DNA from: Telluribacter sp.
GTDB lineage: Bacteria; Bacteroidota; Bacteroidia; Cytophagales; Spirosomataceae
DNA: 64,000 bases
Direction of reading: 5' to 3'
Assembly (NCBI GenBank): GCA_040391535.1
Contig: JBEBXQ010000007.1
Coordinates: forward strand, 816 to 64,815
The notes beneath the pieces were generated by a model, which was not told where the DNA came from, searched no databases, and saw nothing but the letters and a program-made list of their open reading frames with translations. Below are positions 30,001 through 38,260 of the stretch, in pieces (within the stretch, counting starts at the first letter, position 1; every line of letters begins with the position of its first letter). Position numbers and translations under genes: made by a program.

Positions 30001-30475
30001 CCGGTAATCCCTCTCCGTCGGCATCTGTTACTTTCCCGGAAATAGTCCTGTCCGCTTGATTCAGTTCGGTTTGGCTCCCCTGAATCTGATTTTGCATTTG
30101 TGGTAAAACCCGTTTTCCGGAGCTGCTCAGAAGAATTTTCTTTCCTTTGAGCTGATATTGAATACCAAGCGGTCGCAGGGTTTCTGTCAGAATATCTTCC
30201 AGCACCGCATTGGACTTACTGACTTCCACACGGGTATTTACATCAAGTACGTTGGAACTGTAAAAGAAACGAAGGCCGGTAACTTCTTCAATTTCTGAAA
30301 ACAGAAGCCTGAGTGGTTTGTTTCCCTGTTTAATCGTTACCGATTGTTTGAGATATTCCTGGGCAGAAGCGCTGATAGCGTACGAACTACTCAGAAAAAT
30401 CAGAGTGAGCAGGCATTGCGTTAATGTGAACTTCATCATTCTGATACCTGTACGGCGGTTAAAAAGTTTTAGCAT
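27032..30475 (-). CDS. SusC/RagA-family TonB-dependent transducer with STN domain (module B)
   Basis: 1147 aa. STN-like region (VTIKQGNKPLRLLFSEIEEVTGLRFFYSS), CarbopepD_reg-like region (ISGKVTDADGEGLPGVSVIRKGS), plug (VVVVGYGTQRKRDITSAV) and a barrel ending in F. The true start may be an internal Met (MMKFTL). Confidence 0.9.
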   Translation of the reverse strand: MLKLFNRRTGIRMMKFTLTQCLLTLIFLSSSYAISASAQEYLKQSVTIKQGNKPLRLLFSEIEEVTGLRFFYSSNVLDVNTRVEVSKSNAVLEDILTETLRPLGIQYQLKGKKILLSSSGKRVLPQMQNQIQGSQTELNQADRTISGKVTDADGEGLPGVSVIRKGSQQGTITDFEGNYQLVLPDGESTLIFSFVGYISKEIEVASQTTISVSLDVDNKTLEEVVVVGYGTQRKRDITSAVSVISVEDIGDVPASNVTRLLQGQAAGVVAKQKNGTPGGQFEVRIRGVGSLGAGSDPLYVIDGFAVGTSVGQNLNPNDIESISILKDAASTAIYGARGSNGVVLITTKGGKEGKVGLSFSLDYGVQNLPDSRKVKVLNGEEFAQFKKEVFSDRYYFDSGYTRYPTLEEIPEGFRYPEQTRYSTNWYEEILHNNAPYTDLNLSLSSGKGPIKSLLSIGYYKEAGALVHTDYDRLSVRTNLEGEINKFITVGANINGTYSKSNLANTDGRNSIVGSALIMDPREPMYNEDGSLRPYIGGLDGVFGFPNPVFALQEITRTRNIADILSNGYIELNLLKGLKFRSSVNVRLKYENNKQFVPSTIGVSLGSGLSGAPPRIATANENTDQLINFSTDQLLTYQADLGADHQLDLLAGISTQKETVKGLAGSGNTFPDDLVPYLGAAIIRASDSYEYDWTMLAYLARLNYAYKDKYLLSASMRREGSSRFGQNAKYGNFPAFSVGWRLSEESFMPKFEWLTDLKLRGSWGVTGNNDIGNYRHLAFMRTENYILDNSIAPGKVVESFANADLKWEKSNQLDIGLDLALFNNQLILTAEWYKKITRDMLFNVPVPSVTGFTSVWTNLGKVQNKGLEFAADYRLKLGPVNIKTNANITFNRSKILQLRGDDATPIWSGGMYGGYNVQKIGRPIGMIYGYRKLGIFNTKAEIEAAPLQDGAIPGSMIFWDADGNGVVSYDTQDMVEIGNPNPDFTWAWTVMADYKNFDISIQFTGAENYQIYRNIESSTMNMDGVFNVLDKAKDRWRSPENPGSNPSDKHSQGGTDSWKWARESSERYVYDASHTWLKNITLGYTLQSRNPVLKNARVFVSATNLFLFTKYPGNNPEANQQNGTTELGYDDESYPIPRTLAAGLRLNF

Positions 30476-30550
30476 AAATGGGTTTTTTTAGCGTAGGTTA
30501 AAGGTTATAGGATACAGTATGGTTTCATTTTTTGCAGCGCGATTTAAGGA

Positions 30551-31675
30551 TTATCCATGGCAACCCTCGCCGCTGATGATAATTTGCCCGTCTACAATCT
30601 GATAACTGACAGAAGCGATCTTGCAAAGGATATCCAGTTGTTCATACAGGGTTTCGTCAGAAAAAACGGCTGTGATACGGCATGGTTTCAGGCTGTTTTT
30701 ATTGTACTGGATTGTAATTCCGAACTGGTCTTCCAGACGCGCGAGTATCTCGGATAAAGGAACTTCCGAGTATTCCGTTTCCTGATAGGCCGGTATTTTT
30801 TTGACGGGCTCGGGCCTGGCTACGAGTGTTTTGGAAAAGTGGTATTCTTTCTTTTCAAACAGGCCCTCCTGATTGGCTGTAAGGATTAATCCTTTTACCT
30901 CCCTTTGAAAAGTGGAGTCGGCGAGCCGGGCAGTAGAATATACGGAGACCTTGCCCGACTGGACTTTGACGCTGTTTTGTTCTTCATTTGCATAAGCTCT
31001 CACCGTAAAGCGGGTTCCCAGCACTCTCGTGACCATTTCGCCTGTTATGACCAGAAATGGAGTGTTTTGGTGAATAACCGAAAAATTGGCTTCCCCTTCG
31101 AGGAACACCCTCCGTTCGGCCTCAAAGCGGGAAGGATATTTTAAAGAACTTCCCGGGCTTAGCAGCACATCGGTGCCGTCGGGAAGACGCAGTTGCATAG
31201 GAGAAACAGTGTTATTGTAGGTTTCGGCCAGATTGTTTGTTTTTCCGGGGATGGAAACTGATATGGAATCAGGAAAAAGAGCCTGATTTCCAAAATAATA
31301 ATGAATGAAAAATGCAGATAATAACATGGCTGCTATAACCGCTGATCTCTGGAATATTTTCTTCCGGGAAGTACGTATTTTATAACGGCTTATGTTCAGG
31401 AAGGCAGGTTTCTCATCGTCAGCATAGAGTGTCTGATCAAGGAATTTTTCAACCTCTTTTCTGATTTCGGCAGAAGATATGGATTCCGGAGCATTGTATG
31501 AAGCCAGGATTACCTGCCGCGCCTTACTGATCTGTTCGCTCTTTTCAGGATAAATGCTTAAAACCTTATGCCATAAGGCGGCACTGTCGTCCTGCGGATT
31601 GCGGACCCACCGGACAAAATTTTCGTCCAGAATAAAATCCTCTATTGTATAGTTTATATAGTCATTAAGGGACAT
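30551..31675 (-). CDS. FecR-family anti-sigma factor (module B)
   Basis: 374 aa. N-terminus MSLNDYINYTIEDFILDENFVRWVRNP, a central TM helix (SAVIAAMLLSAFFIHYYF) and a FecR-like periplasmic domain. Confidence 0.9.
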   Translation of the reverse strand: MSLNDYINYTIEDFILDENFVRWVRNPQDDSAALWHKVLSIYPEKSEQISKARQVILASYNAPESISSAEIRKEVEKFLDQTLYADDEKPAFLNISRYKIRTSRKKIFQRSAVIAAMLLSAFFIHYYFGNQALFPDSISVSIPGKTNNLAETYNNTVSPMQLRLPDGTDVLLSPGSSLKYPSRFEAERRVFLEGEANFSVIHQNTPFLVITGEMVTRVLGTRFTVRAYANEEQNSVKVQSGKVSVYSTARLADSTFQREVKGLILTANQEGLFEKKEYHFSKTLVARPEPVKKIPAYQETEYSEVPLSEILARLEDQFGITIQYNKNSLKPCRITAVFSDETLYEQLDILCKIASVSYQIVDGQIIISGEGCHG

Positions 31676-31699
31676 GGCTTGAATGTAATTAGCGTGTTG

Positions 31700-32296
31700 T
31701 CATGAATGGGATATGAAAGTTGTAATCAGAAGCCAAAGCGTAACCCAGTTGCTTTTGAGGTTTTTTATGGCTTTCTGGATCAGATTATAGACCGACTGTT
31801 TTCCGAGTTGCATCACTTCTGAGATCTGATCGAATGATAAATCCTGGTAAAACCGCAGGTAAATAATTTCCTTCTGGCGTATGGGCAGGTTATTGACCAG
31901 ATAATTGAGTTTGGTGATGTTATGGTAATCTTCCTCTTCTTTGATCAGCCTGAAATCAATTGCGAATTCAATGGCAGGTTCATTTTCTTCAGGCCATTGC
32001 ATCTGCCTGAAAACTTTTTGCTTTTCCAGTTCCTGAATGAGACTTCTTTTAACGATGACCATCAGGTACGATTTTACATTTTCTACTTTGCTGCTTTTAT
32101 GCTGAATCCGGTGGAGATTAACAAAAACATCCTGAAGACAGTCTTTCACAAACTCTTTGTCATTATGAATCCGCATACCCCAGTGAAATAAATCGGCATA
32201 ATACATTTCCATAATACGGGCAAGCGCATAGGTATCGCCATGACGGTAATCTTCCCAAAGCTGTTGTACTTCAATCATTGAAATGTTTTTACTCAT
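31700..32296 (-). CDS. ECF-type RNA polymerase sigma-70 family factor (module B)
   Basis: 198 aa. Motifs FVKDCLQDVFVNLHR and LPIRQKEIIYLRFYQDLSFDQISEVMQLGKQSVYNL. It lies 24 nt upstream of FecR. Confidence 0.85.
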   Translation of the reverse strand: MSKNISMIEVQQLWEDYRHGDTYALARIMEMYYADLFHWGMRIHNDKEFVKDCLQDVFVNLHRIQHKSSKVENVKSYLMVIVKRSLIQELEKQKVFRQMQWPEENEPAIEFAIDFRLIKEEEDYHNITKLNYLVNNLPIRQKEIIYLRFYQDLSFDQISEVMQLGKQSVYNLIQKAIKNLKSNWVTLWLLITTFISHS

Positions 32297-32318
32297 TCTT
32301 GCCGGATTTGATACTATG

Positions 32319-32332
32319 ATGATTCAAATCAT
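32319..32332. promoter_or_regulatory. 14-bp 6-2-6 palindrome ATGATTcaAATCAT, 23-36 nt upstream of the module-B sigma start codon
   Basis: Read directly: ATGATT (32319-32324), CA, AATCAT (32327-32332). Candidate operator; the binding protein is unknown. Confidence 0.3.
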
Positions 32333-32579
32333 AAAACCTAACCTTCATTTTGTGATATTTTTTATACACATAATTATTAAAATTTATCATTAATTGTAAT
32401 AAATGAAGTTCTGTTTTGATTTTAATATCCTGAAAAGTCATGATGATAGAATTATTTCAATATTATTATTTTTTTTAATATTCACCATGAGGGAATTATT
32501 TCAGGAAGTGCACGATGATTTTTCTCCAGACGTTGCAGTTTCTTTGTAATTTGCCTGTTCAAACTAAATCTTTAAGATA

Positions 32580-33437
32580 ATGGATCAGCGTATAATTAAT
32601 CTGTTTGATGAGTACACGCATAAACCACTTTCGAGGGAAGATTTTCTTTCAAAGCTGGCCAGGCTGACCGGAAGCACCGCAGCCGCTCTGGCGGTATTGC
32701 CTATGCTTGAAGTGAATTATGCCCATGCGGCTACCATTGCCGAAAACGACGATGACCTGGTAACAGAAGAAATTACTTATCAGGGTGATGATACGGTCGT
32801 AAAAGGTTATCTGGCCCGCCCTGCAGGTGAAGGTAAACTGGGATCCGTTATTGTTATTCATGAAAACCGCGGACTGAACCCACATACCAGAGATGTAGCG
32901 CGAAGAGTGGCGAAAGAAGGCTATATAGCCCTTGCCGTAGATGCCTTGTCTCCGTTTGGAGGTACGCCTGCCGATGAAGATGAAGCCAGAAATCAAATCG
33001 GAAAACTGGATATGAAAAAGAACCTTAATAATTATCTGAAAGGGTTTGATTATCTGCGTTCACGGCCGGATAGCAACGGTAAAACCGCATGTGTCGGTTT
33101 TTGCTGGGGTGGGGCTATGGCTAATCAGCTGGCAGTGAATTCTCCGGATCTGAAAGCGGCAGTAGCATTTTATGGCAGACAGGCCGACGCGGCGGATGTA
33201 CCCGCCATCAAAGCCCGTTTAATGCTGCATTACGGTGAGATGGACGAAAGGGTGAATGCCGGTATTCCTGCGTATGAAGAAGCCTTGAAAGCTGCCGGAA
33301 AAGATTATGAATTGTTTATTTACAAAGGTGCCCAGCATGCATTTATGAATGACACCGCACCCACACGCTATAACCCTGAAGCGGCAAAGCTTGCCTGGGA
33401 CCGGACCATTCAATTATTTAAAAATACCATTGCCTGA
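32580..33437 (+). CDS. Dienelactone hydrolase family protein
   Basis: 285 aa. N-terminal leader LSREDFLSKLARLTGSTAAALAVLPML (Tat-like but RE instead of RR) and an alpha/beta hydrolase core with GFCWGG nucleophile-elbow context. Confidence 0.8.
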   Translation: MDQRIINLFDEYTHKPLSREDFLSKLARLTGSTAAALAVLPMLEVNYAHAATIAENDDDLVTEEITYQGDDTVVKGYLARPAGEGKLGSVIVIHENRGLNPHTRDVARRVAKEGYIALAVDALSPFGGTPADEDEARNQIGKLDMKKNLNNYLKGFDYLRSRPDSNGKTACVGFCWGGAMANQLAVNSPDLKAAVAFYGRQADAADVPAIKARLMLHYGEMDERVNAGIPAYEEALKAAGKDYELFIYKGAQHAFMNDTAPTRYNPEAAKLAWDRTIQLFKNTIA

Positions 33438-33447
33438 ATATTCTGAA

Positions 33448-34356
33448 ATGAAAAAAAAACTTAGAAACTGCTACCTGTTATTGTTGTCTGTACTGCCTCT
33501 GATGGGGCATAGCCAGATCCGAGATTCGCTGGGAATTGTAGCAAAGGGCGCACAGGTAAAGATGCTGGATAACTCCTTTAAGTTTACAGAAGGACCCGTA
33601 GCAGATAAAAACGGCGATGTCTATTTTACTGACCAGCCCAATAACAAAATTTATAAATGGACGGCCGCCACCGGTAATATATCGCTGTTTACGGACAAGG
33701 CGGGCCGCTCCAATGGCTTGTATTTTGACAAAAAGGGGAAACTCCATGCCTGTGCTGATGAAAATAACCAGCTCTGGTCATTTGATGAAAAGGGAAATCC
33801 GACGGTACTGGTAAAGGATTTTGACGGTAAATTACTGAACGGCCCTAATGATTTGTGGATTGACGCACAGGGAGGTATTTACTTTACAGATCCTCTTTTT
33901 GCACGTAATTACTGGCAGCGTGATCCGGCTATGCAGCAAGACGGTGAGTTCGTTTATTATCTGAGTTCTGACCAAAAACTGAAAAGGGTTAAGGCAAACG
34001 TAAAAAAGCCAAACGGAATTATCGGAACGCCTGACGGGAAAAAACTGTATGTGGCTGATATTGGCGGGGCTAAGATTTATTCGTATGATATTTCAGAAAA
34101 CGGAGACATCGGCAATCAGCAGCTGTTTACCGATATGGTAGCTGATGGAATGACGATTGATAATCAGGGGAATATTTATCTGGCCGGTAAGGGCATAACC
34201 GTATTCAACAAATCAGGAAAGCAGATCGCGCATATTCCGATTGATAAAGGCTGGACCGCCAATGTTTGCTTTGGAGGAAAAAAGCGTGATACCCTATTTA
34301 TAACAGCAGGAGAGGCTGTTTTCAGTTTAAAAATGAATGTGAAAGGAGTTAAATGA
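33448..34356 (+). CDS. SMP-30/gluconolactonase/LRE-family protein with signal peptide
   Basis: Preferred start [23 protein letters not shown]. Motifs [34 protein letters not shown] and [18 protein letters not shown]. Confidence 0.85.
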   Translation: MKKKLRNCYLLLLSVLPLMGHSQIRDSLGIVAKGAQVKMLDNSFKFTEGPVADKNGDVYFTDQPNNKIYKWTAATGNISLFTDKAGRSNGLYFDKKGKLHACADENNQLWSFDEKGNPTVLVKDFDGKLLNGPNDLWIDAQGGIYFTDPLFARNYWQRDPAMQQDGEFVYYLSSDQKLKRVKANVKKPNGIIGTPDGKKLYVADIGGAKIYSYDISENGDIGNQQLFTDMVADGMTIDNQGNIYLAGKGITVFNKSGKQIAHIPIDKGWTANVCFGGKKRDTLFITAGEAVFSLKMNVKGVK

Positions 34357-35366
34357 TTATTGATTTAAGAAGTGATACGGTTACCCGTCCTACGCTGGGA
34401 ATGATGAACGCGATGGTGTCGGCTGAAGTGGGAGACGATGTGTTCGGAGATGATCCGACGGTAAATGAGCTGCAGGAAAAAGCGGCAGGAATGTTTGGTA
34501 TGGAAGCTGCTTTATTTTGCCCTTCCGGAACCATGACAAACCAGCTGGCATTAAGAGTGCATACCCAGCCCGGGAGTGATGTCGTCTGTGATAAGTTATC
34601 GCATATATATGTTTATGAAGCAGGCGGTATCATGCTCAATTCGTTTTCTTCCGTAAGGCTGCTGGAAGGCGACCGGGGGCGGTTGACAGCACAACAGGTA
34701 CGGGATATCATCGAACCCGAAGATGATATCCATACTACGTTTACCCGGGTTGTTTCCCTTGAAAATACGATGAACAAAGGTGGGGGCAGCTATTATAACT
34801 TCAGTGAAATAGAAGCTATCCGGAAGGTTTGTACTGAAAAAAAAGTAGCGCTTCACCTGGATGGTGCCAGGCTGTTTAATGCCCTGGCAGAAACCTCTGA
34901 AACACCTCAGCAATACGGACAGGTGTTCGATACGATCAGTATTTGTTTGTCGAAAGGGCTTGGCTGTCCGGTAGGTTCTTTACTTTTAGGTTCTGCAGCA
35001 ACCATCAGTAAGGCAAAACGGTTCCGGAAAATTATGGGTGGCGGCTGGCGGCAGGCCGGTTTTCTGGCAGCTGCCGGAATCTATGCGCTGGATCATCATA
35101 TTGAAAGGCTTAAGGAAGACCATTACCGGGCACGGGCAATTGCTGCGTTATTCGCAGATCACCCTGAAGTGGAGAATATCCTGCCTGTAGATACGAATAT
35201 CGTGATTCTGAAGCTGGCCGCAGGTGTAAGTGAAAAAGTGTTTGTCGGAAAACTGGAATCAAAAGGAATACTGGCGATAGAGATGGGTAAAGGGCTGGTC
35301 AGGTTTGTCACACATCTCAATTTTACGGACGATCATCTGGAGGAAATGCGAAAACGGGCCTTCTGA
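34353..35366 (+). CDS. ltaE: Low-specificity L-threonine aldolase (PLP-dependent)
   Basis: 337 aa. Motifs [14 protein letters not shown] and [19 protein letters not shown] overlap with the upstream stop. Confidence 0.85.
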   Translation: MIIDLRSDTVTRPTLGMMNAMVSAEVGDDVFGDDPTVNELQEKAAGMFGMEAALFCPSGTMTNQLALRVHTQPGSDVVCDKLSHIYVYEAGGIMLNSFSSVRLLEGDRGRLTAQQVRDIIEPEDDIHTTFTRVVSLENTMNKGGGSYYNFSEIEAIRKVCTEKKVALHLDGARLFNALAETSETPQQYGQVFDTISICLSKGLGCPVGSLLLGSAATISKAKRFRKIMGGGWRQAGFLAAAGIYALDHHIERLKEDHYRARAIAALFADHPEVENILPVDTNIVILKLAAGVSEKVFVGKLESKGILAIEMGKGLVRFVTHLNFTDDHLEEMRKRAF

Positions 35367-35376
35367 CTCATATCAG

Positions 35377-36282
35377 GTGCAGATACTTAAAAAAATACCT
35401 TATTCTCCTAAACAGAAAGGTGTGTTTCTGATGTTAGGGGCTTCTCTTTTCTTTGCCCTTATGGCAGCCTCTTCCAAATGGCTGAGTAAGGATTTCAGTA
35501 CAGTACAACAGGTGTTTTTCCGGAATCTGATCGGAGTGGTATATGTACTGCTGAGTATCTGGCAAAAACCGATGCAACACAAAGGAGGAAAACCTGCCTT
35601 GCTCATTTTCAGAGGAGTGATTGGTACCATTTCCCTGTATCTGCTGTTTTATGCGATTTCAACCCTGGGTCTGGGACAGGCCATTACCTATCAGTATACC
35701 TATCCTATATTTCTCTCCCTTTTTTCCTGGTTACTGATTGGTGAAAAACTGAACAAAAGAGAGTGGACGGCTATTTTTGCCGGTTTTACAGGTATATTGC
35801 TTATTTTCAGACCCGATATGCAGCTAACAGCCAGGGAGCATATGATCGGGCTGGGAAATGCCATTCTTACTTCCTTTGCGTATCTTTCCATCCGCCAGCT
35901 GAGCGGATATTATGACACCCGTGCTATTGTACTTTCATTTATGCTCAGCGGAATTGTTTTGCCTGCGATTTCTATGACGGTGGGCGCTTTTACCGGGCCG
36001 GTGGAGGGTTGGGAATTTCTGGTGGGTACCTTCAGATGGCCTGTCAATATATCGCAATGGCTTGTGATCACCGCTTTAGGGATCACCGCCCTGATCGGAC
36101 AGTTCATGATGACCATGGCTTTTCAGTATGGGAAAGCGGGTCAGGTGGCAGCGGTGAGCTACTCCAACATCATGTTTTCTCTTCTGTTTGGGATGATGCT
36201 TGGAGAAGGAATTCCGTCAGTAATTGTACTTTCAGGAATTTCCTTCATTATATTGGGAGGAGTAATGGTAGCCAGGAAATGA
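35377..36282 (+). CDS. DMT-superfamily (EamA-like) transporter
   Basis: About 10 predicted TM helices and two EamA-like halves. The start is uncertain: GTG at 35377 or ATG at 35431. The ORF-track start at 35305 overlaps ltaE. Confidence 0.7.
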   Translation: MQILKKIPYSPKQKGVFLMLGASLFFALMAASSKWLSKDFSTVQQVFFRNLIGVVYVLLSIWQKPMQHKGGKPALLIFRGVIGTISLYLLFYAISTLGLGQAITYQYTYPIFLSLFSWLLIGEKLNKREWTAIFAGFTGILLIFRPDMQLTAREHMIGLGNAILTSFAYLSIRQLSGYYDTRAIVLSFMLSGIVLPAISMTVGAFTGPVEGWEFLVGTFRWPVNISQWLVITALGITALIGQFMMTMAFQYGKAGQVAAVSYSNIMFSLLFGMMLGEGIPSVIVLSGISFIILGGVMVARK

Positions 36283-36313
36283 AGGTGCCGGTTTGTTAAG
36301 CTATTTCTGAATT

Positions 36314-36799
36314 TCAGTACCAGTACTTTACAATTTCTATTGTAGAAAACACAACCATCGCCAGGCACAGGATCAGTTTCATCATAATTCCCGAAATGAA
36401 TCCGACAAAGGAGCCAAACGCAGAGCTGACAGCTGATTTCGTTTGAGCACCTCCCAGCAACTCGCCGGCCATAGCACCGATGAATGTTCCGATGAACATT
36501 CCGATCCCTGGCAAAAACAGAAGTCCGGACAGCATCCCGATAACCGCACCTATGGCACCAAACCGTGTTCCGCCGAATTTTTTCGTACCCCAGATAGGTA
36601 TGTAGTAATCAAGTATAGTAACGGCGAGAGTAAGTAATCCGAAACTCCAGAGAACGCCATTATTAAAATCCCCGAAACCGCTCCATTGCAGCAGAATCAT
36701 ACCGGCAAAACTGAGCGGAGGTCCCGGAAGTGGAAGAACCGCTCCGGCCAATCCAACCAGCAGGCATAGAACTGATAGGGTTAATAAGAGAATTTCCAT
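36314..36799 (-). CDS. DUF456-family membrane protein
   Basis: 161 aa, glycine-rich and multi-TM. The N-terminus LLVGLAGAVLPLPGPPLSFAG is typical of DUF456. Confidence 0.7.
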   Translation of the reverse strand: MEILLLTLSVLCLLVGLAGAVLPLPGPPLSFAGMILLQWSGFGDFNNGVLWSFGLLTLAVTILDYYIPIWGTKKFGGTRFGAIGAVIGMLSGLLFLPGIGMFIGTFIGAMAGELLGGAQTKSAVSSAFGSFVGFISGIMMKLILCLAMVVFSTIEIVKYWY

Positions 36800-36850
36800 G
36801 ATATTTAATAGTGTTTTGAGAGCAATTAACAGAAAAAGTTTTACTACACC

Positions 36851-36858
36851 TATATTTG
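36851..36858 (+). promoter_or_regulatory. Candidate Bacteroidota -7 box (TATATTTG)
   Basis: Matches TAnnTTTG, 63 nt upstream of the 36921 start codon. Confidence 0.3.
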
Positions 36859-36920
36859 TAATTATAATTGTTTTAAATCAAAACGAATAAATAACTAAAA
36901 GCCTATTTCAAAAAGGATCC

Positions 36921-38132
36921 ATGGCAAAAGTATTGATTATAGGAGCAGGAGGAGTGGGTAGTGTGGTGGCACATAAGTGTGCATTAAACAGTAATGTGTT
37001 TACTGGCATTATGCTGGCCAGCCGTACCAAAGCCAAATGCGATAAAATTGCAGAGGAAATTAAGACCATGCATGGTGTTACTATTCAGACGGCTCAGGTA
37101 GACGCGGATATAGTAGCTGAAACCGTTTTACTCATCAAACAGTTTGAACCTGTGATGGTGATTAACGTAGCGCTTCCTTATCAGGATCTAACCATTATGG
37201 ACGCCTGTCTGGAAACCGGTGTGCATTATCTGGACACCGCAAATTATGAGCCTAAAGATGTGGCTAAGTTTGAATACAGCTGGCAATGGGCTTATCAGGA
37301 CCGGTTTAAAGAAAAAGGCCTGATGGCATTACTGGGTTGTGGATTTGATCCGGGTGTTACACAGGTTTTTACATCGTATGCCGCTAAGCACCATTTTGAT
37401 GAAATCCATTATCTGGACATCGTAGATTGTAATGCAGGTGATCACGGAAAGGCATTTGCCACTAATTTCAACCCCGAAATCAATATCCGTGAAATAACGC
37501 AGCCAGGTCGCTACTGGGAAGACGGACAATGGGTAGAAATTCCTGCCATGTCCATTCATAAACCGATTGACTATCCCGGTATCGGACCGAAAGAAAGTTA
37601 TGTGCTTTATCATGAAGAACTGGAGTCGCTGGTGAAAAACTTCCCGACACTGAAAAGAGCACGATTCTGGATGACCTTCGGACAACAGTACCTGACGCAT
37701 CTTAATGTCCTTGAAAATGTTGGAATGACCAGTATTGAGCCGGTAAAATTCAAAGGAATTGATATAGTTCCGCTTGAATTCCTGAAAGCGGTCCTTCCGG
37801 CGCCTGATACATTAGGTGAAAATTATAAAGGACAAACATCAATCGGCTGTCAGATCAAAGGCATAAAGGATGGTCAGGATAAAACCTATTATGTATGGAA
37901 TAACTGTGATCATGCTGCGTGTTACAGAGAAGTACGCGCTCAGGCTGTAAGCTATACTACCGGTGTGCCGGCTATGATTGGTGCTATGCTGATGCTCACC
38001 AATGAAGAATGGATGAAACCCGGGGTATGGAATTGCGAACAGCTTAATCCTGATCCTTTTATGGAGCAACTGAATAAACAGGGGTTGCCCTGGAACGAGG
38101 AGGTCAATACAGCCTTACCTCATGAATACTGA
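36921..38132 (+). CDS. Saccharopine dehydrogenase family protein (carboxynorspermidine/carboxyspermidine dehydrogenase-like)
   Basis: 403 aa with Rossmann N-terminus MAKVLIIGAGGVGSVVAHKCA. Length and motifs (GCGFDPGV, TGVPAMIGA) fit the CANSDH-type subfamily. Confidence 0.75.
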   Translation: MAKVLIIGAGGVGSVVAHKCALNSNVFTGIMLASRTKAKCDKIAEEIKTMHGVTIQTAQVDADIVAETVLLIKQFEPVMVINVALPYQDLTIMDACLETGVHYLDTANYEPKDVAKFEYSWQWAYQDRFKEKGLMALLGCGFDPGVTQVFTSYAAKHHFDEIHYLDIVDCNAGDHGKAFATNFNPEINIREITQPGRYWEDGQWVEIPAMSIHKPIDYPGIGPKESYVLYHEELESLVKNFPTLKRARFWMTFGQQYLTHLNVLENVGMTSIEPVKFKGIDIVPLEFLKAVLPAPDTLGENYKGQTSIGCQIKGIKDGQDKTYYVWNNCDHAACYREVRAQAVSYTTGVPAMIGAMLMLTNEEWMKPGVWNCEQLNPDPFMEQLNKQGLPWNEEVNTALPHEY

Positions 38133-38149
38133 AAACGGCTAAGCTAGTC

Positions 38150-38194
38150 AAAAAGTCCGGATAGGTGTGAAATCACAAGTCCGGGCTTTTTTTT
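38150..38194 (+). terminator. Intrinsic terminator for the 36921-38132 gene
   Basis: AAAAAGTCCGG (38150-38160) pairs with CCGGGCTTTTT (38181-38191, one G.U). It is followed by a T8 run. Confidence 0.55.
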
Positions 38195-38199
38195 GTGCC

Positions 38200-38232
38200 A
38201 AATAAAAAGCACCGGCATTTTCATACCGGCGC
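38200..38232 (-). terminator. Intrinsic terminator for tig
   Basis: The minus strand reads GCGCCGGTA-TGAAAA-TGCCGGTGC (9 bp including 2 G.U), followed by TTTTTATTT. Confidence 0.6.
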
Positions 38233-38260
38233 TTTTCAATATCAGTTTATCTGTGTCGAA

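Noticed and set aside
32319-32332. Calling the ATGATTcaAATCAT palindrome a Fur box
   Set aside because: The half-site spacing does not match the classical Fur consensus. It is reported only as an unassigned palindrome.
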